From positions 9,184,418-9,248,417 of the forward strand of contig JAHRHZ010000040.1 of NCBI GenBank assembly GCA_024137785.1: a stretch of 64,000 nt of DNA, given 5' to 3'. The stretch comes from Ginglymostoma cirratum. Its lineage: Eukaryota. Shown one piece after another: positions 49,220 to 62,405 of this stretch (position 1 is the first letter of the stretch; each line of letters begins with the position of its first letter). The translations under genes and the position numbers were made by a program. Under the pieces are notes generated by a model. It did no database searches. It had not been told where the DNA came from and saw nothing but the letters and a program-made list of their open reading frames with translations.

Positions 49220-50200
49220 TTCTTTTATTCATAAATGGGATGTGGACATCGCTGGTTTGCCCAGCGTTTATAACCGATTTCTAATTACCCTTAAGAATGT
49301 GCTGGTAAGCTGCCTTCTTGAACAAATGCAGTTCATTTTGTGCAGGTACACCCACAATGCTATTAAGGAGAGAATTCCAGGATTTTGATCCAACAACACT
49401 GAAGGGACAGCAATATATTTCCATACCAGGAATGGTTTGCAGGGAAATTGACTGGGCAAATCTATTGCCCATGCCCTTCTAGCTGGAGTTATACTTGACA
49501 TTGGAAAGTATGACTCTAACCAGAGAGATTTTGCCTGTTACCATGGACTCCAGTTTTGCTGGGATTCCTTGATGTTTCACTGTCAAACATGGCCATGATG
49601 CCACAAACAGTCACTTTCACCTCTCAACTGAAGTTGAGCTCTTTCATCGATCTTCAAACCTAGATTGTAATCAAATCAGGAACTGAAGTGGCCTCTGGTG
49701 TAACACAAACCTATCGGATTATTGCTAAGCAAATGCCACTTGAAAACACCAATAATTACCCCCTCCATCATCTTACTGATAAGATCGTGACTGTCCAGGT
49801 TAGATATGTATTGCTGTTAGCATGTCCAAGACATAACTTGGAAATTTTCCACATTGTCAGACATTGTGTAGTAGCTGTGCTGGCACAGCTTGGATAGAGG
49901 CGCTGCAAGTTCTGGAGCACAACTATTCAGGGCTATTGCTGAAATGTTGTCAGAGCCCATTGCCTTGTGATTTCTTAATGTCCCACAAAGTGAATCAAAT
50001 TGGCTGAAGAATAGTATCTGTCATCCTGAGGACAAGTGGAAGAAAGTAAGGCAGATCATCCACTTGGCACTTGTCGTCGATAATTGTTGCAAATGCTTCA
50101 GCCATATATAGACTCACCCATCATTGGGGATGATGGGGTTATTTGTTGAGTCTCTTCTAGGTAGTTATTCAGTTCTTCACCATTCATGACTGGATGCAAC
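49220..50200 (-). mobile_element. CR1/L2-clade LINE remnant sharing its 3' tail with the tRNA-SINE family; related pieces at about 21000-21290, 22400-22950, 52060-52340, 53440-53940, 56960-57560
   Basis: Minus strand reads ...WKYIAVPSV, SKSWNSLLNSIVGVP...LHLFKKAAYQHILKGN, then the tail ...gcgatgtccacatccc. Confidence 0.7.
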
Positions 50201-52339
50201 AGGACTGCAGTGCTCAGAATTCCTGTCTCCACCAGTAACAGCTCCACATTTATCCGGGCTAATCTTTTGCTCTTCATATACTTCAAAAGGCTTTTATTGT
50301 GTATCTCTATGTTTCTTGCGTGCTTGCATTCATGTTTTCTTTTCCTTTTTCTTTTACCAGTTTCTTGGTGATACCTCTACTGTGTTCTAATTGCTTGCAA
50401 TCCTCAGGCTTACCACCTGCCATCGTTATAAGTCTCTTTCTTTGATCTCATGCAATCCTTAATATCTTTTATTAGCCGTGGTTTACTCACCTTTCCCATT
50501 ACTGTTTTTTCCTCAGAGGACTGTACGTTGTATAAATCACGTAATACTTCAAATATTAGCTATTGCCTGCCAATGGTCAAACCTTTCTGTATATTTTCCC
50601 AATTCACCATAGGCAATGTGTCCTTCATATCTTTACAGTTTCCTTTGCTCAGACTTACGATCTAAGTTTCAAAATGACCAATGTCCCATTCAAATTTAAT
50701 GTATCATTCTACTGTATCGTGGTCACAAAGGCCTAAAGTGCCTTTACAGCAAGGTTCAACTCAGGTTAATATTTGTCTCAACTGGCATATACACTTCCCA
50801 TAAATTCCAATGGTTGGTCAGAGCTAGACGTAAATTTTCTCAAATGTACAGTGGTGGAATTAGAATTGGGCCACTCTAGCAAAAAAATGGGCACAGACTT
50901 CAGGAGTCAAACGGGCTCAAAAAGAAAATCTGCTTCATTCTTTGCCACTAAGCAGTCCAAACTTCAATTATCCAGTTATTGCAGTGTGATAAAATAGAAT
51001 TAAAGTTAATTGCTTTAAGCAAAGCACCAGCACTTGTACCTACTGAAATTCTAGACTCTACAGTCCTACCAGACCTTAGGGCTGCTTTCTCATTCAAAAT
51101 AGAGTCCTTCATGGTAACTTCAGCCAGTGTGGGAACTGAACCCATGCTGTCTGCATCACAAACTGTGTGCTGAAGTAAAAGCAATGTGGAGTCACATATT
51201 GGCCAGACTATGTAAAAAGGGCAGATTACATTCCCTGATGAATATTAGTAAACCAAATGGTTACATTTTTATTTACAACAATTCAGTAGTTTGATATCCA
51301 GTAATGGGCTCTGGTGATGCAATGGTAGTGGTCCTACTGCTGAGCCAGGAGGGAGGGCTCAAATTCCACTTGCTGCAGAGATGTGTAATAGCATCTCTGA
51401 ACAGGTTGATTGGAAAATACCTAATTTCATGGCCACCAGTGCTACCACACAACAACTTTTATTCCCGATTCATTTAATTTAAAAGAAACTTAAATTCCCA
51501 ACTATCATTGTTAAATGTGAACTTATATTTTTTTAAATTTGTTCTTGTGATATAGCAATACTCACTAGACCAGCATTTACTAACGATCCCTAATTGTCCC
51601 AAAATTGAGCAGCCTTCTTGGCTATTTCAAAAGGCAGTTAACAGTCAACTATGTCAATCTGTGTTGGTGCCACTTGCAAGCCAGACAAAGATGACCTTCC
51701 CTAAATAGTATGAGTGAATCAGATGGGTTTTTACGACAATTGACAGTGTTCATATGCTTACATTAGACTAGTTTTTAAATTCCAGATTTTATTGGATTCA
51801 AATTTTTAACATTTGCCACGGTGGAATTCAAGTCCATGTTCTGAGAACAAAAGCCTAAAATCTAGATTTAACTAATACAGTAACATAACCATTCCAGTCT
51901 CTCAGAAATCTCGTTGCTGCCTAACTACTGTCTAGAATGGATGAGCAAACTGCATCATGACGCAGCTCGGTATCACTCTCCCAAGGTCATTTTGGGACTG
52001 AGCAATAAATCCTAGTCTTACCAATGATGGCCACATCCTGCGAATGATGTAAGACAAATAAAAGCAATTGCACCTTCCATACCACATCTTAAACAACACC
52101 ATTAGCTTCCCTGGGTAAGTCTTCTTCCACTGGTAGGACAGACCCAGCCGAGGTGGCAGCATAATGGTATACAGTTGGGAGGAAGTTATCCTGAGATTCT
52201 TCATCAGTGGCCCTGAATTGCACGAAGTCTCATGGCATAAGGTCAAACATGAGCAAGGAAACCAGCTGTGGAATTACACATAGCAATACCAGCTGATGAA
52301 CCAGTACTCCACCATGTTAAGCACCATTTGAAGCAAGCA

Positions 52340-53440
52340 GTGAGTCACATAATCATACAATTTTTACAGCACAAAAGGCGATCATTTGGCCCATGGTGCT
52401 TGCGCCAGTTCTATTAGCTAGTGTCAATCTCATGCCCTTTCCCCATATCCATGCACACCATTTCTCTCCAAATAACCATCCGATACCCTCTTGAATGCCT
52501 CAATCGAACCTGCCTCTACCACATTTCCAGACACAGCATTCCATACCCTATATATTCAGCGTGTGAAAAAGGTTTTTCTTACATCATCCTTGCTTTGCTT
52601 CCAAATTACTTTAAATCTACACTTTCTCATTCTTTTTTACTTTTACCAGCAGGAATAAAATCAGAGAGTCCCTACAATGTGGAAACAGGCCATTCGGCCC
52701 AAGTCCACACCGACCCTCCGAAGGGCATCACACATAGACCCATTCCCCCACCAAATATTTCCCACGACTAACACATCAAACCTACACATTCCTGGCCATT
52801 ATGGGGCAACTCAGCATGGCCAATCCACCTAACTTTCACATCTTTGGACTGTGGGAGGAAACCGGAGCACCTAGGGGAAACCTGCACAGACACTGGGAGA
52901 ATGCAAACTCCACACAGTCACCCAAGGGTGGAATCAAACACATGTCCCTGGCACTGTGAGGCAGCAGTGCTAACCAGAGCCACCGTGCTCGCTATCTAAC
53001 TAACCCACTCGGGATTTTAAAACCTTCTATCAAAGCTCTTTGCAACCAATTTCTCTCCAAAGACAACAGTCCCAACTTCTTCAACAGTACTCAATACTTT
53101 AGAAGAGGTCGAGCAAGTGTCTTATACATTTTTGCAAGTTCAACACCACCTCCCTGCTCTTGTACTTCATGTCCCTATTAATAGACCCAAGATCACTGTA
53201 TGCTTTGTCCTGTCACCTTCAATGATCTGTGCACACATATACTCAGGTCCCTCTGCTCCTGCACCTCCTTTAGAATTTTATATTACCTTTGAATGCTTTT
53301 CTGATTAAAGTGATTTATCTCACAGTCCTCTGCATTGAGCCTCATCTGCCACCTACCTTCCCACTCCACCAAGTTGACAATGTCCTTTTGGAGTTCCACA
53401 CTGCCCTCCTTAAAGTATACATTTCTTCCAAAGTTTAGTT
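52340..53440 (-). mobile_element. CR1-clade LINE 3' part, interrupted by a HE1-like SINE
   Basis: ELQKDIVNLVEWEGRWQMRLNAEDCEINHF (53283..53486-); 3' tail at about 52345-52410. Confidence 0.75.
52659..52990 (-). mobile_element. HE1-like V-SINE, near full length
   Basis: tRNA-like head gagcacggtggctctggttagcactgctgcctcacagtgccaggg with B-box gtttgattcc, central domain and LINE-derived tail. Confidence 0.9.
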
Positions 53441-53949
53441 TCACAGCATGAGAAAAAAAAAATGTATTCCAGTTGGCAGAATTCAATGCCCATCACCAAC
53501 AGCAGCTCAGCAACACAGCTACTGAATGAGTTTCTAGAGTTCACAAGGTCACAGATGCTAAATTGAGTCTGCGACAGGTGACTAAGGAACCATAAAGAGG
53601 AAATAAACAGACTTGACCTCATCCTCACCAGGCTGCATGTTGCACTTGTGTCTGTAAAAGATAATATCAGCAGAAGTCCCGTTTTCACATTGAAGATACC
53701 CTCCATGATGATACGTGGCACTATCACCATGGTAGATGGAACAGATATGGAGCAGATCTAGCAACCCAAGACAAGAAATCCTTAAAGTGCTATGGGCCAC
53801 CAACACCAATTGTACTCCAACATAATCTGCACCCTCCCATTCTACCTTTAGTGTCAAGCCAAGGAATCAACCCTGCAGAAGAGCATATCAGCAGCACCAC
53901 TAAAGATACTTAAGAATAGGCATCAACCTGGTGAAGCTACGTACCATGT

Positions 53950-54570
53950 TAAAGGACAACTAAAGGATCAAATCTAAGTTTAAAGATGGGAGCATTTACT
54001 GTAATGAACAGGTAAATGACATAGAAACTAAACAATTAGTTTGCTTCTGTCTTCTCAGAAGAATATACAGAGAATCTCCCTAGAAATATGAGGGAACCAA
54101 ATAACTTGTGATATTGAGAAACTAAAAGACATTATGAATAAAGAAGTTGTATTAAAAAAATTAACCTGATTCAAAATTGGTAAATCCCCTGAATGAGATG
54201 AGCAATAACACACTTTCAATAGTGTTAAAGGAAATAGTTTTGAAATAGAGGATTCATTGGTGATTATCTTTCAAAATTCCAAATATTCTGGAAAGCTTCT
54301 GGAAAGCTCCTGGAAAGTAGCAAACGTATCCTATTAAAAATCCTATTATTTAATAAGGGAGGGAGAGGGAGAATAGAGAACTACAGGCCTGTTGGTTTGA
54401 CATTGGTAGTAGGAATGTTAGAATTTATTATAAAAAATGTCTTAATTCGACACTTTGAATATAATGGTTGAATTGGGCACAATCAACACATATTTATGAT
54501 AGAGAAATAATGTTTGATAAAATTTGTTGGAGCTTTGAGGATGTTATTTGCAATATCGATAAAGCAGAAC
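53950..54570 (+). mobile_element. Degenerate CR1-clade LINE fragment
   Basis: Remnants FASVFS, KSPE, IIFQNS and ENYRPVGLTLVVG. Confidence 0.7.
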
Positions 54571-55139
54571 CAGAGAGATTAGAACCAGGGACAATTTTTT
54601 TGAAAATGTATTCACATTTACATTTTGGCCACCATGTTTTCAGGGGCAGTTAAGTTGCCTTCTTGCACTACTGTGGTCCCTTTGATGTAGGTACATTTGT
54701 AGTGCTATTAGGAAATGGGTTCCAGAATTTTTGATCCAACAAGAGTGAAGGAACAGATATACTTCCAAGTTACATTTTTCCACTATTCTTCCATTGGATG
54801 TCCATGTTTCTAGAAAGCCAACATTTATTGCCCACCCTTAACTACCCTGAGTAGTTTGATAGGTTGTTTTAGAAAGTAGTTAAGAGTCAACTCCATTGAT
54901 CTGAGTGTTTAGTCACTTGTAGGCCAGACTAGAAAAGGAAAGCTGTCATCCTTATCCAAGGGACATGAGTCAACCAGATGGTTTTGATCTTACAATAGCT
55001 GCAGGGTCACCATTACTGAGACTAATTTGCAACACTACTTACACTTTGCTGCAGCAGTGGTATCACTCTAGGTCCTCAATCTGCACCTCTCAGCAACACA
55101 GAAAAAATGCTGCGCCTCAAACAAGTTCTCAGATTGATC

Positions 55140-55660
55140 CCGAAGGTTGCAGGAACAGCACCTCATATTTCGCTTGGGAACCCTGCAGCCCAATGGTCTC
55201 AATGTGGACTTCACAAGCTTCAAAATCTCCTTAACCCCAACCTCATCCCAAAACCAGCCCAGCTCGACCCACCTCCTTGACCTGTCCGTCTTTTCTCCCA
55301 CCTATCCACTCCTCTCACCTCACTGACCTACACCACTCCCAGCCCCTACCTACCAGCCTCATCCCCGCCTCCTCGACCTGTCAGTCTTCCCTTGAATGAC
55401 CAACCCCCATCCTAACTCCCCACCTACACTCACCTTTACTGGCTCCATTCCCGCCTCCTTGACCTGTCCATCTCCTCTCCACCTATCTGCTCCTTCATTC
55501 ACCTTCCATCCGCCTTTCCCCCCCTCTCTATTTATTTCAGAATCCCCTTCCCCTCCCCCATTTCTGAAGAAGGGTCCACGCCCAAAACGTCAGCTTTCCT
55601 GCTCCTCTGATGCTGCTTGGCCTGCTGTGTTCATCCAGCTCCACACCTTGATATCTCAGA
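55140..55660 (+). mobile_element. PLE 3' fragment (GIY-YIG end + tail), 13-bp TSD
   Basis: RRLQEQHLIFRLGTLQPNGLNVDF; hammerhead with G12>A at about 55560-55595; TSD tctcagattgatc/tctcagactgatc at 55127-55139 and 55654-55666. Confidence 0.92.
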
Positions 55661-58039
55661 CTGATCTATGTTTTATGATTAATTGTAGATATTATAAAAA
55701 GAACAAAATTTAATTTTAAAAAAGGGACTTGATTACCAGTTTAGATCCTGCTCCAATTCTGTTTTGCTGGAAGTCCAGTTAGCCCAGAGTCCTAGCAAGC
55801 AATATTGTGGAAGATCAACTCATTAGCTCAATAATTATTATAGTTTGGATCTAGAACAGCATTTTTCAGCAATCTTATTTCAAATATCAAAAGTACGTTA
55901 CAGTACAAGAGCCAGTATGCCAGGTGATTTCCCAATCTTGATAACATGATCTGAAGCTACGGGCAAAAACTGAACATTCATAAGCTGATGGCAATTTCAA
56001 CTCTACCAACAATTAGTCCCAAATTAATTTCAACATGTATTCACTCAGACCATTTCCTCACAGAGAACATCACAACAATGCCTTTAAAAAATGGGCCAGA
56101 TTAACTTTTTGGCAACGAACCATCACAGTTATTATCATTCCTGATATCTTATAAGTAATGCTAGCAGAACCAAGATAAAATAAATATAAAATTCCAAACA
56201 TTGTGCTGGCATCTGTAGATTTGTTTGCAATTGCAGGGTTATTCAGCAAATTCTTCTGCAGCAAGAAAACTGGGTTTGCAAATATTGCGACTTGGAAGGG
56301 GCACCTTCTTTTATTTTTGAAAAGATGAAGTGTGTAAATTGCCATTTTTGTTTATTCTTGATTACAGGTATCAAGCAACCTGCATGCTTTTTTTTGACTA
56401 GATAAGATCAAAACCCAAGATGGCCCAGGCCTATTCTTGAAACATCATGCTCTCCTCATGGGTTGCGGTATTATTATATGAGCATGATATACATCTGAAT
56501 ATTAACAAGCCCACATCTGCAAACAAAGCTAAAGTAACAACATCTATGAACATTCACGGATAATACAATGTCTGGTAAGTTTCACACGTTTTCAATGTTT
56601 GGAACATTTTAAAGAATTTTATGCGGGACAAGGGTGGAGGTGAAGACCACATTTAGCTAAAGTACAGTGCAGACACAAGGTTCTCCAATGATGCTGTTAG
56701 TCAGATCGTTCATAATTGCAAAGCGTAAAGATTACAGATTTATAACACAGCAAACTATTTGTAGCTAGTTTTGATTGAGCCCTGATATAAAAAAATTAGC
56801 CAACGTCATCACGTCTTGTTACAGTGCGATAACATGAAGCTGGACACATGTCCATGCCAGACTGGTATGATGATGTATGACTTGGGGCTAGAGAAGAAGC
56901 AAATATAAGATTTTGAAAACTAGGAGAAAGAGTAAGCAATTCAGCCCCTACAGCCTGCTGGAGGTTATGATCTGGTAATGCACCTGTTGCCTTCGTCCTT
57001 CAAAGTGCTGTAGAACACAAATTAGTGAGGTATTTCTAAAGAAGTTTTGGCAATCCATGAATAGTACAGACTACAGCCATACCACAAAGGCAACTGATAA
57101 ATAGGTGCCAATCAAGCAGACCATACCTGGGAGATGTTGAGCTTTTCAAGTGTAACTTCAGTTGCATCCACCCTGACGAGTCAAGAGTACTCCATCACAC
57201 TTCTGGCTTGTGCCTTACGGTGGTGGAGAGGATTTCTGGACCCTAGTGTTTGATGTGTTGATGGTGTGAACATGGCAGTGCTGATGCTGCTGAATGTCAA
57301 TTAGTGGTAAGGTGCTTAATCTGAAGATGGTCACTGCCTGGTAATTCTGCAATACAACAATTATTTAAAGATTTAACAGCCCAAACCAGGGCTGTCCATG
57401 TCTTACTGTTTGCAGACATGGACTACAGAATTATTGGCGGAATTGCAAATAGAGCTGACCGCTATGATGTCATCAGAAGTCAGCTCCATTTCTAACTGTA
57501 TAATGAAGGAAAGATCACCAATAAACCAGTAAGGGCTAGGAATGAGAATAATGTCCTGGGGCTTAGGCGTGGCTAGACTAATTAAAAGGGGGATGATTAA
57601 GAACTGAATTAGAAAGGATTTGGAATTAGAAGGGTTGTGAAGTTTGGACAGTGAGTTTGAGGAGAATTGTCAGAGTGTAGGATGGGGAGTGCTGAGGAAG
57701 ATGACAGAAGGCCTGGCTAAGTTCACTGCTTTGTTTTTCGCACACTACTGTGATGCTATTACTCAATGTAGCTGTCAGATAGCTTGATACAAATATTTCA
57801 GAAGGTAAACTTCCAAGTTTTGACCTCAAAACGTCTCAAAGTATATCACAGCCAATACTATTTTGGAAATGCATTTATTGTTATATTTATAATCATGCCT
57901 TTAATCTCAAAGTGATTCAGAGAAGTAAAATCTGACAGAACTGGATGCCAAAACAAAGAAAACATTAAGGCAGGTGCCAAAGCAGAGGGGAATGAGCACA
58001 CTGGTTCAGCGTCAACTGAACTGAAAGATCCCATCCAAT

Positions 58040-58610
58040 TGTGAGGACCGTGCTTTAGGAAGGATGTGAAGACATTACAGATGATGATGCAGAAAAGATT
58101 TTACAACTGTAATTTCTGAAATTAAAGACTTCAGTTAAGTGGATAGTTTGGAGAAGGTTGCCAGAAGATTTGATAAAGTTGTTCAAAAACACAATCAGAC
58201 TAGATAGAGTGGGTAGGAAGATGTTCCTACTGACAGAAGGACTGAGAACTGGTAGACAATAATTTAAGGTAAACAGTAAAAGAACCCAGAGGAATGAGGA
58301 TCATTTTGTGCAACAAGTGGTTAGGATTTGGAATTCACTGATGGATAGTATGATGGAGGCAGGTTCAACCACGGCTTTCAAAGGCGCATTGGATGATTAT
58401 TTCAAAAGAAAAAAAATTGGATTGCTGCAAGCAGCAATTCTTATTCTTTTTTTCTTCAGTGCAGACCTCCAAAGATCATGTGCCACAGCGACTCCAGGAC
58501 CAGAAATCAATGCAGCGAATTGTACTGGCACAGACATGCATCTAACTGAGTTGTTCTTATAGACAGCAGACATACACAAGATGGGCCAAATACCCTCCTT
58601 CTATAAGGAT
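58040..58610 (+). mobile_element. Old CR1-clade LINE 3' part
   Basis: QQVVRIWNSL...TAFKGALDDYF and the tail gatgggccaaataccctccttct. Confidence 0.75.
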
Positions 58611-59029
58611 TCTATAATTAGACATTTTAGACAGGAAACGAATACTTGGAAGGGTGGGAGAACCGTTTACAAGGTGAGAGAGGTCCAGATTCAATAAAAT
58701 GTATTTTGAAATAGACAGTGATAAGTTATTTTGAGAGAGGACTACCTGAGGGGCTGGAACCATTTGCCAAGTCAGCTAACATGAAGAATCCAAGAAAGAA
58801 GGGTAGGCTGGTCAGCTTAAACGGCAAAGAAGAGAAGACAGCAAAAGGGGAGTCAGACAGACAAGAACTTCAGATGAGAAACCAGACACAAAGGACTTAA
58901 GCGAGAGAAAAACTAGGGTGACAACAGTATAGGTATAACTATCAGGAAGGAGGAGTGAAATTATAGGAGACAACTAAATGAATGTTCTCAATCTTAGTGC
59001 ACATTAAGTCTTCAAACTCTATGCATGTT

Positions 59030-61300
59030 GACCACAGTATGATTGAATTCTAAATTCAGTTTGGGGATGAGAAAGTGAAGTCCAACAGCAGTGTTCTGGA
59101 ATTAAACAAAGGTAATTATGTAGGCATGAGGTTAGATTTGGCCTGAGTAGATTGGGCAGGAAGGCTGAAACATAAGATAGCTGGTGAGCAGTGGCAATTG
59201 TTCAACGAGCTACTCAATTCCTCGCAACTAAAATATTTCCCAGTCAAGAAGAAAGATAGTAAGCAGGGTAAAAAAAAATCCATGACTGAATAAGGAGGTC
59301 AAGAACAATATAAAGTCAAAAACTAAGGCATACCATATTACAAAGGCCAGTGGCAGGCTGGAAGATTGGGAAACTTTCAAACATAAACAAAGGGAAACTA
59401 AAAAATTAATAAAAAAGAAGTTAAGATAAATTACAAAACAAAACTAGCACAAAATATAGAAAAGGATAGCAGAAGCTTCTATAAGTAAATAAAAGGGAAG
59501 AGAGTTGCTAAGATGGATATTGGTCCCTTAGAAGATAAAACCAGAGAGTTAATAATGTTAACCAGACAGTTAATGGCAGAGATGCAAAATCAATATTTTG
59601 CCTCAGTTTTCACGGTGGAGGACAATAGTACCATTCCTATTGGAACGGGCAATTCAGAGGCAATAGAAGGGGTAGAACTTAGAACAATCAACATCGATAG
59701 GGAAAAGGTACTCGGCAAACTATTAGGATTGAGGGCTGACAAGTCCCCTGGGCCTTATGGCCTACATCCTAGGGTATTAAAGGAAGTCGCAGCAGAGACA
59801 GTAGATCTATTGGTTACAATATTCCAAAATTCCCTGGACAGGGAAAGTGGATTGGAAAAATGCTAATGTAATGCCCCTATTCAAAAAGGGAGGGAGGCAA
59901 TAATGTGGGAAATTACAGATCTGTTTGCTTAACATCTGTTGTTGGGAAAATGTTAGAATCAATTATCAAGGAAGCAATATCAGGACATTTAGAAAGTCAA
60001 AACGCTGTATATCAGAGTCAGCATGGTTTTATGAAGGGCAAATCATGTTTGACTAATTTGCTACAGCTCTTCAAAGGTGTAACAAGCAAAGTGGATAATG
60101 GAGATCCTGTAGATATAAAGATCTGGACTTCCAGGAGGCATTTGATAAAGTGCTGCACAAAAGGTTAAATTCACAAGGTTGCATCAAATGGAATTTGGGG
60201 TAATTTATTACCTTGGATAGGTGACTGGCTGATGGACTGAAAACAAAGAGTTGGGATTTTTTTTTCTGGATGGCAAGACGTAACAAGTCGGGCACCACAG
60301 GGTTCAGTCCTTGGACCAGCTATTTACAATCTATATTAACGACTTGGATACAGTGATATTTGACTCCATAGTCAAACTTGCGAATGACATAAAAATACGC
60401 GGGATGGTTAACAGCACTGAGGAAATAAAAATCTTACAAATGGATATAGATAGATTAGGAGAGTGGGCCAAAACATGGCAGATGCAGTTTAACGTGGATA
60501 AGTGTGAGGTCACGCATTTTGGTCGGAAAAACGAGAAGGCAACCTACCATCTAAATGGGGAGATGGGGAGGGGCTTCGGGGTACTCGGTGCAGAGAGATC
60601 TGAGTGTCCTCATTCATGAGTCACAGAAAACTGGCATTCAGGTACAGCAGATAATAAAGTAAACAAATGGAATGTTGGCTTTTGTAGCTAAAGGAATAGA
60701 ATATAAAGGTAAAGAAGTATTGTTGCAACTATACAAGGCATTGGTGAGACTACATCTGGAGTATTGTGCACAGTTTTGGTCTCCTTATTTGAGGAAGGAT
60801 GTGGTGGCATTGGAGGCAGTTTAGAGGAGGTTCACTACATTGATTCCAGAGCTGAAGAGTTAGTCATATGAAGACAGATTGAACCGTTTAGGCCCATACT
60901 CTCTGGAATTTACAAGAATGAGGGGAGATCAAATTGAGGTATTCAAGATGACTAAAGGTATAGATAAAATAGACGTGGAGCGGATGCTCCCTCTTGTGGA
61001 GTATTCTAGCACGAGAGGTCATAGTCTTAGGATAAAGGGTAGCAAATCTAAAACAGAATTAAGGAGAAACTACTTCTCCCAAAGAGTGGTGAATCTATAG
61101 AATTCGCTACCCTAAAGTGCAGTGGATGCTGGGACAGTGAGTAAATTTGAGGTGAAGTTAGACAGACTTTTAATTGGTAATGGGTTGAACAGTTATGGGG
61201 AGAAGGCAGGAAAATGGGGCGAGGAGCGTATTGGCCATGATCAAATGGCAGAGCAGACTCTATGGGCCGAATGGCCTAACCTGCCCATATGTCTTATGAA
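59030..61300 (+). mobile_element. CR1-clade LINE, 2.3 kb of ORF2 with stops and frameshifts, plus 3' tail
   Basis: YFASVFT, KSPGPYGLHPRVLKE, NYRSVCLTS, QHGFMKGKSCLTNL, LFTIYINDL, WQMQFNVDKC, YFSQRVVNL. Confidence 0.95.
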
Positions 61301-61399
61301 AGCGAGAGCTGTGGTTGGAAGCAGGGGATAGGGGTTTAAGGAGATAGTTGAACTGGAAAAATGTAGAACACTATTATTTTTCCATTCAAGAATGATCTT

Positions 61400-62020
61400 G
61401 GACGAGTGGGTATAGAAAAATGAGGCCAAATACTGCTTAGGTAGCTCAGTTTAATTTGGCAATTGACAACTTGTATGATTTATTAGTGCAAGTGTCCAGT
61501 TATGAGACTTAAAAGAGTGAAGATGAGGCCAGAATAGGAAAAATGACTGGCATGGAGGAAAGTCCCAGTTTTGACAGGCACAGTGTATGAAACATGTTGA
61601 AAAGATGTGGACAGCTGAATGTTAGCATGTAGTGTTGCAAGTAAACTTGTTAGGAGTGATGGAGTGGAAGGAAAATCTAATAGCAAGTTGCAGAAATATG
61701 TAAAGCTGGAAGGGAATAGGAGGAAATGCTGGTGGTGAATGATACTTGAGGGCTGGATGGAGATAGATATCTCTATGATTATGGTCGTTGGAGTACAGGC
61801 CATGGGGTTGACAACAGAACGTTGTGGCCTTTTCCAAGAAGAGCACATCAAACTAAGATGACCACAAGTATGTCTGAACATAGAGCATGGTTTTGAGAAG
61901 AGGTTGCAGTGGGGTGGTAAGCACAAGTGCTCAGGAGTGGAGAAATAAAATGTGGCACGATTGGGTCCATAGGAAAAAGAAGTAAGTGAAATGACAAGGC
62001 AGTGAAAAGGCAATGGTCGT
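61400..62020 (-). mobile_element. Probable L2-clade LINE remnant
   Basis: Strong purine skew on plus and a decayed endonuclease-like pattern on minus; no intact motif. Confidence 0.4.
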
Positions 62021-62229
62021 GTACAACAGTCAAAAACAGATACATGGGAATTTCAGGATTACATATATTACAAATACGAGGGGCAAATGAGCAGTAAATG
62101 CAAAGAAGAGAAATATTATGCATAGACAGGAACCATAAAAATATTAAATAACTGACCAAATGTACTTTCTTTATAATTAGTCAAATAATACATGCTTCTA
62201 CCAATTTAATCAGATCTTTCTGGACAGTA

Positions 62230-62405
62230 TCACGGTATCTTTTAGTCCTGCTGAGAAGGCTTTAGTTAAAAATCTCACCTAAAAGATTACACCTCAAATC
62301 ACACAGAACTCCCAATTTTGCAATGACATGTCAACTTCAATTATATTCTCATGTTTCTGAAACTACCATAAGAGGTAAAAATGCTACTGTAAGGCCACAG
62401 GACTC
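62230..62405 (-). mobile_element. Decayed DeuSINE-like fragment (another piece at about 57800-57890)
   Basis: ggctttagttaaaaatctcacctaaaagattacacctc...caatgacatgtcaacttcaattatattctca resembles the Deu domain read in reverse (from recall). Confidence 0.5.

Noticed and set aside
52900-52990. tRNA-like A/B boxes (also at about 13010-13099)
   Set aside because: These are SINE heads followed by SINE bodies; no complete cloverleaf, so not tRNA genes.
54287-54316. Three tandem copies of about 11 nt (ctggaaagct[t/c])
   Set aside because: Local slippage inside a decayed CR1; no spacers, not CRISPR-like.
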